A DNA stretch of 20,000 bases from Eremomyces bilateralis CBS 781.70. Taxonomy: Eukaryota. The notes under the pieces are model-generated. The model saw only the letters and a program-made list of their open reading frames with translations, ran no database searches and was not told the origin of the DNA. The stretch is from assembly GCA_010015585.1 (NCBI GenBank), contig ML975181.1; one strand, written 5' to 3'. Of the stretch, positions 1-10,887 are shown in pieces; positions within the stretch are counted from its first letter, which is position 1, and every line of letters begins with the position of its first letter. The position numbers and the translations under genes are program-made.

Positions 1-1
1 T

Positions 2-886
2 CCCAGAACCTCCACAGGGACTAAAAATGAAGGACGCAGCAAGTTCTTTGCTCCGAAATACGACGATCCCCAGATCACATCGAAGATCGGGGAAGATCAT
101 ACGACCCAGGACGAATGCGCAGCTCCCAACAATCAAAGTGCTAATGTCTCGGTCTCATTTACTGAAAATATCGAGGGAGAAAACCTGGGCATCCGCAGCA
201 AGAAGTTCTCTGCTGCTAAAAGCAGAAAGTCCTCCATGAAGATTTACCTTGATGATCTCAAATACCATCCTGTTGCTGAGGGCGGTACGATGGCTATGAA
301 GTCCGGTCAGACCCCGGCCGATGATGGTGCGATGAAGCGTGGGCGCAGCGGTTCTATCAACGCGGAAAAGAAGACAATTGCATTTACCCCACAAGCAAAA
401 CCTAAATCCAACCTCTACGGTGTCCGACGCTCGGTTCGAGATTCTGGTATCGGGTTCTCACCCATACATAATACACCGAAAGCCTCCGGATCCTCCAAGG
501 TCTTCAGTCGAGGAATGAACTCCGGCACGAGCTCTGCGATCAAATCCCCAACAACGTCCAGGAAACATTGTCGAGCCGGATCGGAAATCAACGGTGCAAC
601 TTGGGATGAGGTCGGGCCGCGTGTCGTGGTGCTGCGAAGCGACGACAATATCCAACACGTTGAATACCGGCCAATCGGTCTCTCCGCGAAGAACGCCGTT
701 ATGAAATCCAGCCCCCCGCGAGTTAACCAGGGCAGCGAGGACTCCCTGCTGGTTCACGACAGCCAGAGCGAGTGCGGCATGTCAAGCGATACGGAGGGTT
801 TGTGTGCGGCGTCGCCAAGCCGACATGCGAAGGTCCGCGTGGTTGACTTTCAAGCGTTTCGATTCTCCTCAAGCCATGCGGCCTAG
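2..886 (+). CDS. EXO1: C-terminal low-complexity part of a probable exonuclease 1; 5' end lies outside the window
   Basis: Frame +2 is open from base 2 to TAG at 884-886, so the ORF-track start at 236 is internal. It encodes RSKFF at 35-49, matching the Mlh1-interacting (MIP) box of yeast Exo1. It ends GSEDSLLVHDSQSE...VDFQAFRF, resembling the GSED..(I/V)PDSE...LD..RF.F tail I recall from filamentous-fungal Exo1. The nuclease domain is not in the window. Confidence 0.65.
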   Translation, partial: PRTSTGTKNEGRSKFFAPKYDDPQITSKIGEDHTTQDECAAPNNQSANVSVSFTENIEGENLGIRSKKFSAAKSRKSSMKIYLDDLKYHPVAEGGTMAMKSGQTPADDGAMKRGRSGSINAEKKTIAFTPQAKPKSNLYGVRRSVRDSGIGFSPIHNTPKASGSSKVFSRGMNSGTSSAIKSPTTSRKHCRAGSEINGATWDEVGPRVVVLRSDDNIQHVEYRPIGLSAKNAVMKSSPPRVNQGSEDSLLVHDSQSECGMSSDTEGLCAASPSRHAKVRVVDFQAFRFSSSHAA

Positions 887-1185
887 TAGCTCTGATGTTG
901 CAGTGCTGCGTGGCTATGTTTAGCGGTGGAACATGTGCTTTCCTGTCTTCGTCTTTAGCGATGCATAGCGACGGCGTTTTATGTGTGGTCATTTTACGGG
1001 TCTATCATTATGGACACAGAGAGGAGGTTTAGCGTTATTAGCGTGAAGGCAAAGAGGCGTGTTTAAGATACCATGTCTCATCCGAATTCCTACCATCAAT
1101 ACAAGAAATCCACGAGGATGTGCTCCAGCTCCTCTAAAGCGTTGATTGCCAAGAGATATTCCTTCCTAGATGACATGTAACTCGT

Positions 1186-2979
1186 TCAATTCAAGAACGA
1201 GACCAAAGCACTAAGCATTTCCGCCGTAGCAACCTCTTCTGCCTCGTCAGGCGTCCCTATCTCTTTTAACTGTTCCTGTAAAACCGCTTTGGCATTCGAC
1301 AGCGCCTGGTCCGTCTCGTCCAACACAGACATGATCTTTCTCTTCGCACCAGCATCCTCAGCCACGAGCCAAGCTAGAATGGCATCCACCAACCTCAGAG
1401 AATGTAGCCCGCTCTCCAGCCGTCTCGCCAACCACTCCTCCTCCCGCACTTCAATCTCACCCTCATCTCCCCGCCGCTTCAGATTCGTCTTCTCTTCCGT
1501 GATAGCCGCATCGACACCTCTGAGCCGTGCCTCCAGCTCCCTCCGAACGACACCCAACCTCCCAATCTTCTCATAGTCCCTCTCCACGAACTTCGCCAGC
1601 GTGCGTATGCGGCCGGCGCTGTCCGCGGGGAGCAATCGCAGCAACGCGGATAGGATTCCGAGCAGATGCTCCGTGGTTGACGCGTCTTGCTTCTTCATGA
1701 ACAGCTTGAACAAGATGCCCAGTCCCTGCGCCTCGACGAAGTGCTCGGCCAGTGCGCCAGACTCGGGAGAGGACCCCGCAAGGCCGTGATCCAGCGTCCG
1801 CAGTGCACGTGGTTTGCTGAGACTGGACGACCGGAGCATGATAAGGAGCAGCTCGATGCCCTCGGCGGCCTGGAAGGCGGCTTTATTGGCGGGTGTGAGG
1901 AGGGCGAGGACGAGCGCGTCGAACAGATCCTCGAAATATTCGGACGCGGTGCTGCCGGGGGACGGGTCGGATTTGCGGTACATGGCGAGGCAGTTCAGGA
2001 GGGTGTCGATGCCGTTCGGGGAGACAGAGGCGAGCGAGGACCGTGTGGAGGGCGACGACGAGAGGAGGATGGAGAGGATTTCCGCGGCGTATTGCTTGTT
2101 TTGGGAGACTGCCTTCTCAGTCCGCTGGAGGCGACTCAGGAGCCACGGGAGGAGCGAGGTGGGTCCGGTGGACGATAACTCCGCAGCGACGGACGAACGC
2201 GAGGAGAGGATCTCGACTGCGGAGAGGGAATGGTAGACGCCATTGCGGTCCTCTTCGGTCGCAGATTCGTCGAAACGACTGAAGTTGGCGGTTAGGAGGG
2301 AGATTATATCGGCTTCGAGGGCGGCATCAACCAGAGCGTCCCACTGCTCCGGCTCAGCTTCGACGTCCTCATCGAGGAGTTCACCAATGGTCTGGATGGC
2401 TCGAATGGCAATGTCCGTGTTTTCGTGCGCGAGCAAGGACACCAAAGATGCTACACAGCCCAGCTTTGCAAATTCCGGGTAGAGGTCGGTATGTTCAGCC
2501 AGGATCGACAGGTTCCGGACCTCATCGTCCAGATCTGCCTCAGACTGTAGGAACTTCGTCGGGTCCTCTTCATACTTCGCTCGCAGTTCCGCGTTCTTCG
2601 ATATCTTCTTCTCAAAATTCAACGCCAGTCGCCGTATCCATGCGCTGTCGTATTTCTCCTGCACATATTCCTCCTGACCGTCCGCGATGTCGAGGTAATC
2701 CATGGCTGCCGCTGTCGCCTTGTCCATGCCACCGCCGAAGAATCGTCCTTCCTCATCCGGATCCTCACCATCGTCGGGGGGCATCTCGGGACCGGCTTCC
2801 GCGTCGTCATCGTAATTGTTCTCGTCGGCCTCTTCGACGCTGGCGTGCGTTTTCCCTTTTGCGTCCCCATTTGCGGAGAGCTTCGCGGACTTGTAGAAGT
2901 GTGAGGGATCGTGATTGAGCTCGATCTTACGCTTGCTACCGATACCAGCGCCTTTGAATAGCTCGTCGATGCTCGTCAT
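1186..2979 (-). CDS. CTNNBL1: Beta-catenin-like protein 1 (CTNNBL1/DUF1716), Prp19-associated spliceosomal ARM-repeat protein, 597 aa, intronless
   Basis: Family motifs DEEGRFFGGG, LALNFEKKISKNAELRAKYEEDPTKFLQSEADLD, SLVSLLAHENTDIAI, NKQYAAEILSILL, RTLAKFVERDYEKI and WLARRLESGL. Confidence 0.95.
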   Translation of the reverse strand: MTSIDELFKGAGIGSKRKIELNHDPSHFYKSAKLSANGDAKGKTHASVEEADENNYDDDAEAGPEMPPDDGEDPDEEGRFFGGGMDKATAAAMDYLDIADGQEEYVQEKYDSAWIRRLALNFEKKISKNAELRAKYEEDPTKFLQSEADLDDEVRNLSILAEHTDLYPEFAKLGCVASLVSLLAHENTDIAIRAIQTIGELLDEDVEAEPEQWDALVDAALEADIISLLTANFSRFDESATEEDRNGVYHSLSAVEILSSRSSVAAELSSTGPTSLLPWLLSRLQRTEKAVSQNKQYAAEILSILLSSSPSTRSSLASVSPNGIDTLLNCLAMYRKSDPSPGSTASEYFEDLFDALVLALLTPANKAAFQAAEGIELLLIMLRSSSLSKPRALRTLDHGLAGSSPESGALAEHFVEAQGLGILFKLFMKKQDASTTEHLLGILSALLRLLPADSAGRIRTLAKFVERDYEKIGRLGVVRRELEARLRGVDAAITEEKTNLKRRGDEGEIEVREEEWLARRLESGLHSLRLVDAILAWLVAEDAGAKRKIMSVLDETDQALSNAKAVLQEQLKEIGTPDEAEEVATAEMLSALVSFLN

Positions 2980-3581
2980 TTTCTCCGGCCGTTCTGGAGG
3001 TGTATGGCATTGGAATTGTCATATGTTGCGTCCTGAGGTGAGCTGGCACGGCTGGTGATGTTGATGTTGAAAGTTGGATCCTTCATTCGTGGTTCGCTCC
3101 GTCCGCCGTGCAGATTCTCACCAAAAGTCGCCTTCTCTACGCTGTCGCGAGTGTATGTAAGCAGGGAAAATATAGCTAACTTAACTTAGCTTTAAAACTG
3201 TACGGACAAAAATATATCCTCTTGCCCGCCCTGCGCAAATATCTTTTGCATGTATGTATCTAACACTTGATTGTCTGATGACTGAGTTGTATACAGACAG
3301 TTGCTTCATCAGCAAATGTGTTCACAATACCGGTGAGAGAGATTCATACGCCCGTCAGGCCTCTCTGCGAGGCCCATGTGGGGAGTTCACAGTACCGGTA
3401 CCTACTGTACTGATACCTATTGTATTATATTACATGCAGGTGTTCATGCGCCTGCTCGAATGGCCTGAATCCAGTCCGGTTCATACCAGTATCTTTGAGT
3501 CTATCTTCATCCTTCAGGTCCGAGTTGATACAACCGCTCGTCCAATCCCAGCTAAGTGTGTCCAATACACATTGCACTCCT

Positions 3582-4736
3582 TTAATCCAAGTTCTGTATC
3601 ATGACCTTGATCGCACCACTCTTCACGTCACTCGCCGTATGAAATGCCTTCTCGGCCTCTTCCAGCTTGAATCGATGCGTTACCAGCATCTTTAGGTCAA
3701 TGACGCCGTTCTCCAGCAACCGGATTGCCGTCGGCCATGTGTTGGCATAGCGATATTGAAATTGTAAGTCCACCTCCCGCGTGCTGCACCGCATGAAGGG
3801 CATCGTCATCTCGCTTTTGCCGACCCCGATGACGAAGACTTTACCTCCGAATTTGACCGCCTGGATGGCGCCCGCGACCGAGCTCTCGACGCCGGTACAC
3901 TCCATGGCCAGCGCGATTTCCTGGCCGCCCGCCAACTGCTTCACTCGACCAGCGAAGTCCTCGGGTGTCTCTCCCCTCTTAACCAGCAACGTGCGCACTC
4001 CCGGAACCGCCTTTTGTGCAAACTCTAGTCGGCTCTCATCGATATCGGTGATCAGCACCGGCGCTGCTCCTGCTGCCTTGACGCATGCCGCCGTGACCAA
4101 CCCAATCGGCCCAGCTCCGCAAACCAGGACCACATCGCCCAAAGCAACTCCAGCCCGCTTCACTCCCGCTACCGCAACGCTCAGCGGCTCCAACAGTGCG
4201 CCGTCCTCCCAGTCCAGACTCTCCGGCAGCTTGTGACACCATTGTGCCGGGTGATTGACGTACCGCCGCAGCAGGCCCGGAACCGGCGGTGTTGAGAGGA
4301 ACTCCACGTTCTCGCACCCGTTATACCGTCCGGTCAAGCAGGGCTCACAGTTGAAGCAGGGAATGTTGGGCTCGATTGCAACTCGATCGCCGGGTTTCAG
4401 GTTCGTGACGGAAGGGTGCACGGCGAGGATCTCGCCGGCGGATTCGTGCCCAAGGATGTGTTTGTCGGTGACGATCATGGGTCCAATGCAGCCGGCATGC
4501 CAGAAGTGGATATCGGACCTGTTTTATGGTACTTGGTTAGTTACCTCTGGACGTTGCAACGGAGACTGTGCCAACGTCTGCACTCCTTACCCGCATATTC
4601 CAGTGCTCTTCACTGCGATTGTTACTTCACCAGGTTTCAATGAATCGCCTTGCTGCAGACTCTCAACGCTGGGTTCGGCACTGTCGATCCATAGCCTATG
4701 TTCCGGATCGGTGAAGACCCCGATATTTGGCTTCAT
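3582..4736 (-). CDS. ladA: L-arabinitol 4-dehydrogenase (Zn-dependent MDR), 360 aa; exons 4736-4591 and 4518-3582
   Basis: Exon 1 reads [17 protein letters not shown]...KSTGICG. A 72-nt intron at 4519-4590 (GTAAGG...CTAAC...AAACAG) joins it to [25 protein letters not shown]. Also present: structural-Zn motif [15 protein letters not shown], the LAD-typical [17 protein letters not shown]-binding GAGPIG and [16 protein letters not shown]. Spliced length is 1083 nt, in frame. Confidence 0.93.
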
Positions 4737-5046
4737 TGTGCAAATAGGGTTGCGGTGCGTGATCTGTTAGTGGTGGGGGTGGTGGTGTCGAAGTCGGGGG
4801 AAACGCGGGGCACTGAGAGACTGATATACAACTAGACGGCGAAACAAGGACGTACAAGGCAACTGTCGGGTATCTATTCGAGGAAATCGCAATTGTCACA
4901 CTCTATTCCAGAAGAAACAGCAGAACACCAAGGAGCAGAGTACTTTCAAGGCGGAAATCCTAGGGAGCAACGTGGATTTAAAAGGACGCGAACCGAGACG
5001 GATTTCAATATCTTCATTCGTGCGACTTTCTGTCCATAAGTTTTGA

Positions 5047-5302
5047 GTGGGGAGTCTCAGGGTTCGGCATGACGATCTGCGAAATGCGCCACCGGGATAT
5101 TTCTAGAGTCGATGGACATGGCAAAGGGGTGGTGGGGAGCGCAATAATTAGCCTAAATCGCGATCTTTAGTTGCAGTGAACTGTGGAGGATATTCCGTAG
5201 ACGAGCGTAGATTCTCCACCTAAGGGAATAATCTAGAACTCTGGGGAGCGAAACGTTAAAGGACCTGTGACCTGGACTGGGGCTACACAGTACAGGGGCT
5301 AG
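5047..5302. promoter_or_regulatory. Putative CreA/Cre1 (SYGGRG) cluster and XlnR-type GGCTAR sites upstream of ladA
   Basis: SYGGRG matches: GTGGGG 5047 and 5132, GTGGAG 5183, CTCCAC 5214, CTGGGG 5241 and 5277. XlnR-type matches: TTAGCC (=GGCTAA) 5148-5153 and GGCTAG 5297-5302. All lie 310-570 bp upstream of the ladA ATG. These are short motifs, so function is inferred. Confidence 0.4.
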
Positions 5303-5637
5303 CTGCAGTCTGCACCAAAAGGCCTCCAATGAGTGCTGCTATGTATCATGTATCAACCCGCAAGTAGGTTCTCATATCGCGTCCGGAACAATCATCCGAG
5401 CCTATAACTTAGTTAGATATAAGATAGTGGTTGGGCACTTCCAACGTTTCATGGCAATCTGAGCTGGATAACTGTATATCAATATCCTGAAGTCAATGTA
5501 CAGCAATGATCCACATAGAAACACTAGCTTCGACGCCCTATCCCCTCCAAAAGGCAAAAACGCCATTGGTATCAATCATTTATTTGCAATAGCAAACCAT
5601 CCCAAACCCCAAACCCCACAACCCCATCACCCGTCCA

Positions 5638-8600
5638 TCATCCCATTTCATAAAGCTGACTTCCTCTCGTATCCGCCCCTGAAATCTGTCCCATTATATA
5701 CCTGTATTCATATAACACCCGCCTGCACGGTTCGCACGTAAGGTCCGGCCTCGTGTATCCCTTCTTCGCACACTCCGCACATGCCACGATATCCCCCGTC
5801 GCAAAATCCATCTCCCGCAGCGCCGCGATTTGTCCCGCCGTTTCCTCTCGTGGCGGCATCGCTGCCGGCGGCACAGGGAGCTCGGAGCCTGGTGGTGAAT
5901 CGTACGGAGCATCTCCGTAAGGGTCGGAGGTGGTAGGAGGTAGGAGACTGGTCAACGGTTCGTAACCGGTCGGTGGTGGATGGCGTGCGGACTCGTACGG
6001 GAATGGCTGGAAATTCGGGGAAGGGTCGGTGCTGGCCTGATCGTACGGGGACGGTATGTACGTCGAAATCGGTCGCCGACCTGATTCCACGCTACTGGCG
6101 TTACGCGAGGCGGGCCCTGGCATATCCGTGACAGTCGACAGGGAACTGACGTGAGATCCCAATCTTTCCGCGGGTTCGTTTTGCTGTGTAGGGACAGCCA
6201 AACCGTTGAGGCCAGATGTGCTCTTGTTTTTGTTATGCGCAAATCGGAAACGTGAAACTAGCGTACTCATTCCACGAGAGAGACCCACAGGCGGCGGATC
6301 GGTCACCGGAGGACGCAGAAATATGGGATTCGGTAGCGGCGGGGGAGGACGGGTGGGCGACATGGGAGGAGGGGTTTCCCGATCGTTGTCTTTCTCGGAC
6401 GCTGCGACGGCAGGGTCGGTACTGCCATCGTCGTCTTTCTCGAAGACCCCGGCCAACTGGGCCGGAGCCACGGTTGGATACGATTGCTCCGACCTTGCGT
6501 TCTCTTTCGCTTCCGCGGCGAGGAGTAACCGTAGAACCTCGCCCTTCTTCTCCTCATCGATGTCCGGCGCAAACCCGATGCGGGTTGCGGTCATGTTGAA
6601 GCCCCAACCTCCACTTGGTAGGAGGCCTGATATACTGGCGCCGCTATCAAGGAGATCCTGTACGATCTCTGCGTGGCCGTAATGAGCGGCGTATCGTAAC
6701 GGCTGCCAGTCCTGTTCGTCCCGTTGTAGGGCTGACGCCCCTCGCACGATCAATTCCTGGACAACTTCCAGATGACCGTATTTCGAAGCTAAACAGAGAG
6801 GCGAGTCTTCGTGACTTCTTCCACGGCCGCTGAAACGGGCCCGCATTGGGATACCCATATTTAAGTAGTATCGCACTAGGTCGACGTGCCCGTGTGCCGC
6901 AGCGTGGCCAAGAGCTCGATCGCCCCCTCCATCACGCACCTCAGTATCGGCTCCTCGTTGGAGCAGAAGGTTGATGATATTGATAGCGCCGTTCTGTGAG
7001 GCGATATGCAATGGCCTTTTCTTAGTGGTGGTCTCCACTTCAACATTGGCGCCAGCCCCTAATATCCGGCTAACGACATTCTCGTCCGGGTCCTGACACG
7101 CATAATGCAGCGGTCGTAGTCCAGCGGAACACTGGGCCTCGATCCCAGCACCGTTAAGCAGCAAGAGGTCAACCGTGGCAAACTTGCCATCAGAAGGACT
7201 GATTACTGCTAGATGTAAAGCCGTCCGATTGTCAGATGTTCGCGCATCTATCGAGGCCTTTTTCGCCAGTAGCAACCTCACCACTTCGTAGTGCCCGTTA
7301 AACGCGGCCCAGTGTAGGGGCGTCATGTCCGCATGGCTACGATGCTTCAGACTTGCCTTCTTCCGCAAGAGTAGCTTGACGATTCGGTCAGATCCATTAG
7401 CACAGGCGCAAGACAGTGGTGACATTGAATCATGCCCAGGGCTTTCAAGATGGCTGTCGGCTCTTTTAGATAGAAGAGCCTCCACCACAGCCTCATGTCT
7501 CTCATGGGTTCCGGTACAAGCGTAGTGTATCGGAGCCATTAGATTCGCGTCTCTTCCCTCATAATCCGCACCGCAACTGAGTAACAGTCGAACGATTTCG
7601 TCTTCCCCGTTCTGAGCAGCCGAATGGAGGGCCGTCATATGGTTCGCATCTCGGGCATTGATGCCCGCACGATGCTGTAGTAGTAGCTTGATAACAGCCA
7701 GATGGCCGTAATCGCATGCGAGCCGGAGGGATGTACGTTTCTCAGGACCCTGGGCGTCGATTTCAACTTCTTCCATTAGTAGCAACTCTACGACACGGTA
7801 GTGTCCTCTCATGGACGCTAAATGAAGAGGTGTCATATCATCCACGTCACGAATATCCGTTCGAGCTGGCTGGCGTGCTTGAATGAGGTAGCGAACGACA
7901 TCATCATTACCGCAATGAGCGGCAACAGCAAGGGCCGTCCGACCCGACGCATAGTGCCGTTCTTCGATATTCGCACCATGCTCGAGCAACTCTTCGATCT
8001 CACGAACCGATCCGCTCTGGGCGGCTCGGACGATTAAGGGGGCATTCAGCCCATCCGGCCCGCTGAAGTCAACGCTTGTTCTCAGATCAGTCTCAGAACC
8101 CGCCCGCCGACGACCGCGTCGGCTCGTTTCTTTGGGACTGAGAAGGTCTTCGGACTCGCTGAGTTTGTTCTTACTTCTCTTAAAGGGGTTGATGGACGAC
8201 CATTTAGACGCAGTGTCCGGGGTCACCGCTCTCGGGCTGCCTTGAGATACCCGTGGAACAGCGGAGTCGGAAGCGGATGAAACGTGAATGATGGGGCGGT
8301 TCCAAGTCCTCGAATGATGAATGGGCTCAGAGCTCATTGAATGCTGGTATGGTCGTGGCTTTGGCCTCTGCCTCAATGCCGATGAACCTAACGGTGAGAG
8401 TAGATCGCGACCCATCGTCGACTCTGTATCCGTTGGGCTCCGTACCGATCCCATGCCCGAATCGTTACGGTCTCGTTCTACAGCTTTGTTTCGCGGGAGA
8501 GAATTGTTGAGCTTATGCTCTCTCACCTCGTTTAACGCCGCCACATTCTCGGTCGTCAATTTCGGTATGGCTCGCTCATCTGGTCGTGTGCTGCGACGGT

Positions 8601-9286
8601 AGATCGCAGAGGTCCGCATCTCGCTGTCAAGCGAAAAGATTGTGCTCGAAATCACCGACGTTCGCCTGCTGGCTATGCTTGAAGTTGTGTTCGATCGTGC
8701 AGGCCTCGTGGAACGGCCTCTAATCGTGGATGTGTCGTCCGCAACGCTGCGTACTATCTCTTGGTTCCGTGGTTGGTGTAGGATCGACTGCCGTTCAATG
8801 CGACTCGAACTACGATGATCAACATTTTCTCATCATCTTAAGTGCGTCAAATCGTCCATACCACTGAGAAGCTTGAACCAAGGTGTGTAATAATGCCATT
8901 GAATCATGGAGAACGCTCTTGTGACTTTTCATACTCTCCTCATCCCAACCCTCGTCCTCTCCACCGTCCGTATCTACTTCGAGCAGCCTGTCCACCTCCG
9001 TTTGTAAATCACGAAGTACTTCTTCAACATTGTCTCTTGCGATTTCGAATTGATTCTGGAAATCCTCATCGCATGATTCGGCCGCCTGCTTGTTGTTCTG
9101 CGCCCATCTCCGAAGGTTGCTCAACGACGCCTTCACGAGTTGAAGTTCGTCCACCACTGCATGTGCTGTCCCGTCGGCAGCGGCGTATTTCCCACGCAAC
9201 CGTCGAAGACCATTGATGGCTTTCGTGACATTAGTTATGAGCGGCCCGCTCGCAGCGATTGCGTCACTAAAAGATCCATGATCCAT
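5638..9286 (-). CDS. HeLo-like/fungal STAND-N-terminal-domain protein with ~14 ankyrin repeats, Pro-rich tail and C-terminal CxxC-x11-CxxC, 1198 aa; exons 9286-8862 and 8809-5638
   Basis: Exon 1 (MDHGSFSDAIAASG...LRGKYAAADGT...ELQLVKASLSNLRRWA...WDEESMKSH...LLHTLVQASQ) has the Helo_like_N pattern. A 52-nt intron at 8810-8861 (GTATGG...TTGAT...CGTAG) joins it in frame (3597 nt total) to CSSRIERQSIL...VADDTST...FSLDSEM. Fourteen TPLHxA/G-H-x-x-V-V-x-LL-type repeats follow at ~8046-6625. Confidence 0.85.
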
Positions 9287-10236
9287 TGCGATCGTATTCG
9301 CTTCGTGAATCCGATTGGGGCAGCATGCACATCATTGGAACAAGTTCGGACTTCAGGAAACGATGGAAAGACGTAAATAATTGAGACTTATGATAGAATA
9401 TCCGTATGGAACGGGACACGCGATCGCATCGCCAATTCGGAACAAATCACAATGTCAAAAGGAGGCAAAAGGTTGATCTTGGAGACGAAGGCACATGGCT
9501 GAAACTCGCAATCCTCCTTTCCGTCCCCTCACTCTTCCGACCTCTGCCAGACTTGCCGGGGTCTTGCAGGTCCAGAACCAATGCATGCATCGCCCAAAGC
9601 AGAATAGCCTATGAATGAGGCTGAGTGCATGAAGGAAGTAATACTGTACAGCCGTGCTCATCGGCTGCGAGGTGCGAGTTGCGATAGGCCCAGCATTTGG
9701 AGGTTTTGGTGGGATGGTTTCAGGTCTCTCCTGATTCCACGCGATATTAGGAAGAGCAGAGGGCAGCGGGAGCCCCACGAAGGACCGGTCCATCGGTTCC
9801 ATGCATCCATTACATCGTGCCCTTCTCGGCGGGTTTACTACACAACTCTGGGTTGCCATGTTGTCACATAAGTAGGTACATATGTACAGAGTAGTAACGT
9901 ATTGCCCGTGCTATCATCATCTGTGTTTGGAACTCACATAATTAGCCCCCAACCATCTGGTAAGTTAACTCCGTCGTGTGGAGAAGGATCGAATGACCAC
10001 ATGCAGTGCTACCATTTCCTTGACTCATTTCCTTGACTCACCTAAACCTCGAAGCTCTATCCCTATTTCTTTTGCCCCGCTCCCTTCGTCAGGGCCTGAG
10101 GGGTTGTACTTGGTCGTCGTTCGTACAGCCGCCGCCCGAATGTCTCACATCTCGTTCTGCTGCCGTTCTCCTATTCTATTAGACCGACCTCACCCGTACA
10201 ACTTGGATTCATTCTTTCCTGTACATCGAAGTCAAT

Positions 10237-10887
10237 ATGGCGGCCTCACGGCACATCTTTCGAGACTATCCCAACCCGACCTTCCTTGAATCGGCTGGTG
10301 GAGTCGTCTTTGATCCTACCCGTACCAAGATCATCATCCTGTACGCCATTGAACAGTCCGAGTTCGTTCTGCCGAAGGGTCGACGAGACATTCACGAGAG
10401 TCGCGCGGCGGCGGCGATGCGAGAGGTGTATGAAGAGACGGGACTCCAGGCCGAGATCCTTCCGACCTGCATGGAAACACGTGCGACCCCAAGTCTCGCC
10501 ATGTTCAAGGCTAACAACCAGCTGGTGGACGACCACGACCCCAGAACGGTGGCAGATGTGCCGAACATCCCGAGAAGGGTTGAGCAGTGCAAAGAGCCGT
10601 TTTGGTTGTGCGTCAGGGGGCCCAACGGGATGGGGCTTAAGCTCATCTGGTGGTATACCTGCATTGTCAAAGACCATCGCTGGGGAAGCTTTACGGTCGA
10701 TCGGGATGGGAAAATGTATGAGACGGGGAGTGAATACAAGTATGAGGTCTTTATGCTTGATATCGACAAAGCTATCGAAACTTTGACCTTCCAAGGGGAT
10801 CGAGACGTGGTTAGAAAAGCGGTCGAGATCATGGACGGGAATGGTTCGGAAGGGCCCGAGGACAAGATATCCATGGCGTGCCTGTAA
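10237..10887 (+). CDS. Nudix hydrolase, 216 aa, intronless
   Basis: Perfect Nudix box G-RRDIH-E-SRAAAAM-REVYEETGL (GX5EX7REUXEEXGU), preceded by ESAGGVVF and FVLPKG. C-terminal AIETLTFQGDRDVV. Confidence 0.92.
   Translation: MAASRHIFRDYPNPTFLESAGGVVFDPTRTKIIILYAIEQSEFVLPKGRRDIHESRAAAAMREVYEETGLQAEILPTCMETRATPSLAMFKANNQLVDDHDPRTVADVPNIPRRVEQCKEPFWLCVRGPNGMGLKLIWWYTCIVKDHRWGSFTVDRDGKMYETGSEYKYEVFMLDIDKAIETLTFQGDRDVVRKAVEIMDGNGSEGPEDKISMACL

Noticed and set aside
9406..9871. Short ORFs in the ANK/Nudix intergenic region, including a possible amyloid-signalling partner
   Set aside because: They show no coding bias or motif. I also saw no HET-s/PP/sigma-like N/Q/G-rich amyloid motif here or next to the HeLo-like domain.
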